DNA of 63,533 nt, the filler included, from Hausera hauseri (taxonomy: Eukaryota): NCBI GenBank assembly GCA_046269625.1. It is 11 parts of 11 records of this genome, joined end to end, with 100 filler letters (N's around TTAATTAATTAA, not from the genome) between each part and the next. Parts side by side here need not be neighbours in the genome. Positions count along the whole stretch, not along the records: positions 56,279 to 63,533 come from JBJURY010027227.1; 10 more parts are not named here. The stretch is one strand, 5' to 3'. Shown in pieces: positions 62,201 through 63,533 of this stretch (position 1 is its first letter; the number at the start of each line of letters is the position of its first letter). A program made the position numbers and the translations under genes. The notes beneath the pieces were generated by a model. That model ran no database searches. It was not told the DNA's origin and saw only the letters and a list, made by a program, of their open reading frames with translations.

Positions 62201-63533
62201 TTCCCACAAGCATACTGAATGTTTTTCACTAATTCTCTTAATTCATTAGAATCGATGAATCCCTTTTGGTGATAATCAGTTAGTTCAATATTTACACCTC
62301 TTTGCCATCTTTGTACAAATTCTCGTTTATTTTTGATCTCTAAGTCCATAAAAGCATATTTGTTCCGATAAACTTCAATTCTTTTGTTAGTTCGTCCAAC
62401 CTTGTTGTTCTTTGTTTTGTTTTAATACATATTTCTACTTTCTGTATCTTTGGCATCAATTGCCTCATCTTCTCATCACTAATCTCCGCCATTTCTACCA
62501 ATAAGTAGGCTAACTCGTGCATCTTATTTATAGCTTTCTTTTTACGAACTTTTGTTCCTGAAAGCTGAAATGTGGGTCATCACTTATTTTTGTCAATTTG
62601 GTATGAAAATTCTGATCTGATCCGGTCATCCATTCTTGGGGTTTATGCAAGAATTTTATTGTGTCTGTTATCGCATCTCGATGTTCGGGACAGATGTCTA
62701 GTATTTCAATGTCTTGGGCAGACATCTTTTCGATCGGTTTTTCCGTTAAGTATTGGATTCCTTCTAATCGAGCAACCTTCAACTTTGAAGTTACATCGTA
62801 AATCATGTTCCATTTTTCCGTGAAGTTCGTCTCTTCAATCAATTTATAGATTTCCTTCAATATCGACGTTTCTTGTTCTCCTTTCATAAATTTTAGTCGT
62901 CGTAATGCTTCGAATTGAGTACAAATGTCTATTTCTATTCGCATTTTGCCTAAGTCATGTGCACTTTCTGCTAGCTGCTTCTTTACCATTGGTTCGCTTT
63001 GCGGAAATTCTTTTTTCGGTCTTCTACTGATTTGCTTAGTCCGTTTACTAACACGAACCATTCCGACAATTGATTTGCGATTACTGGTTTCGCCATTACA
63101 GCCTTATCTAATATCTTATACGCATCTTTTAACTCATCATCGGGCCCTCTTAGAAAATTCATAATCCGACCGATATAACTAAACTCGTCCTTATATTCGT
63201 CAAATTCTGTAATACAAACCTTTATTATATATTTAGTTTCTTCATTATTTATAAACATAGTTCGATTTCTTAAACTGTTAATCTGTGCTATTTTTACGTT
63301 TTCCATTTTGATGCGGCTCTCTAAGTCCGCACATCGTATGTTTTCCACTAAGGCAATTTTTATCATCTCCATTAAAGGATGAATATCTATCAGGTCTGCA
63401 CCCAATATTTCTAAATCGATACTACTTCGATCGCTAACCGGTTTTTCCCCAAGCCGATTAATCATTGCACAGCGAATTTCATCCATTAGACGTTCTAAAT
63501 TACGGACTACTCTCTTCAGTTTTGGGTTTGTTT
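59223..63533 (-). mobile_element. Giant retroelement copy C: helical region, Ubl, glycoprotein ectodomain truncated before the TM
   Basis: Ubl at ~61555-61779, KRRVGRPRK, VTVYNC ~60790, CMLRRSRSIFQCGLMHGH, PLTRVL; homology to copies A and B stops at GANYYQRV (~59223). Confidence 0.88.

Overview
This window is not one locus. It is 11 short, AT-rich eukaryotic (metazoan-like) contigs joined by ten artificial 100-nt linkers (44 N + TTAATTAATTAA + 44 N), so adjacency across linkers carries no biological meaning. Most of it is mobile DNA: (i) three Polinton/Maverick fragments (integrase, two tandem penton-like genes, major capsid protein, protein-primed PolB); (ii) one apparently complete piggyBac with TTAA TSDs; (iii) mariner and Tc1 relics; (iv) a CsRn1-like Gypsy element with its 5' LTR; (v) a 43-bp satellite array with an internal inversion; (vi) host gene pieces (RALGAPB-like pseudogene, ABCC exons). 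The main finding is five partial, decayed copies of an unusual giant Gypsy-type retroelement. Their overlaps suggest one very long polyprotein: helical region, ubiquitin-like domain, internal signal, chuvirus-like class III fusion glycoprotein, TM, basic/late-domain-like tail, PR-RT-RNaseH-IN, second signal, three FN3-like repeats, TM, and a degenerate RING finger. The fusogen lies upstream of and in frame with the protease, and no Gag is recognisable in the assembled parts. All homology calls come from motif recognition by eye; no database search was run.
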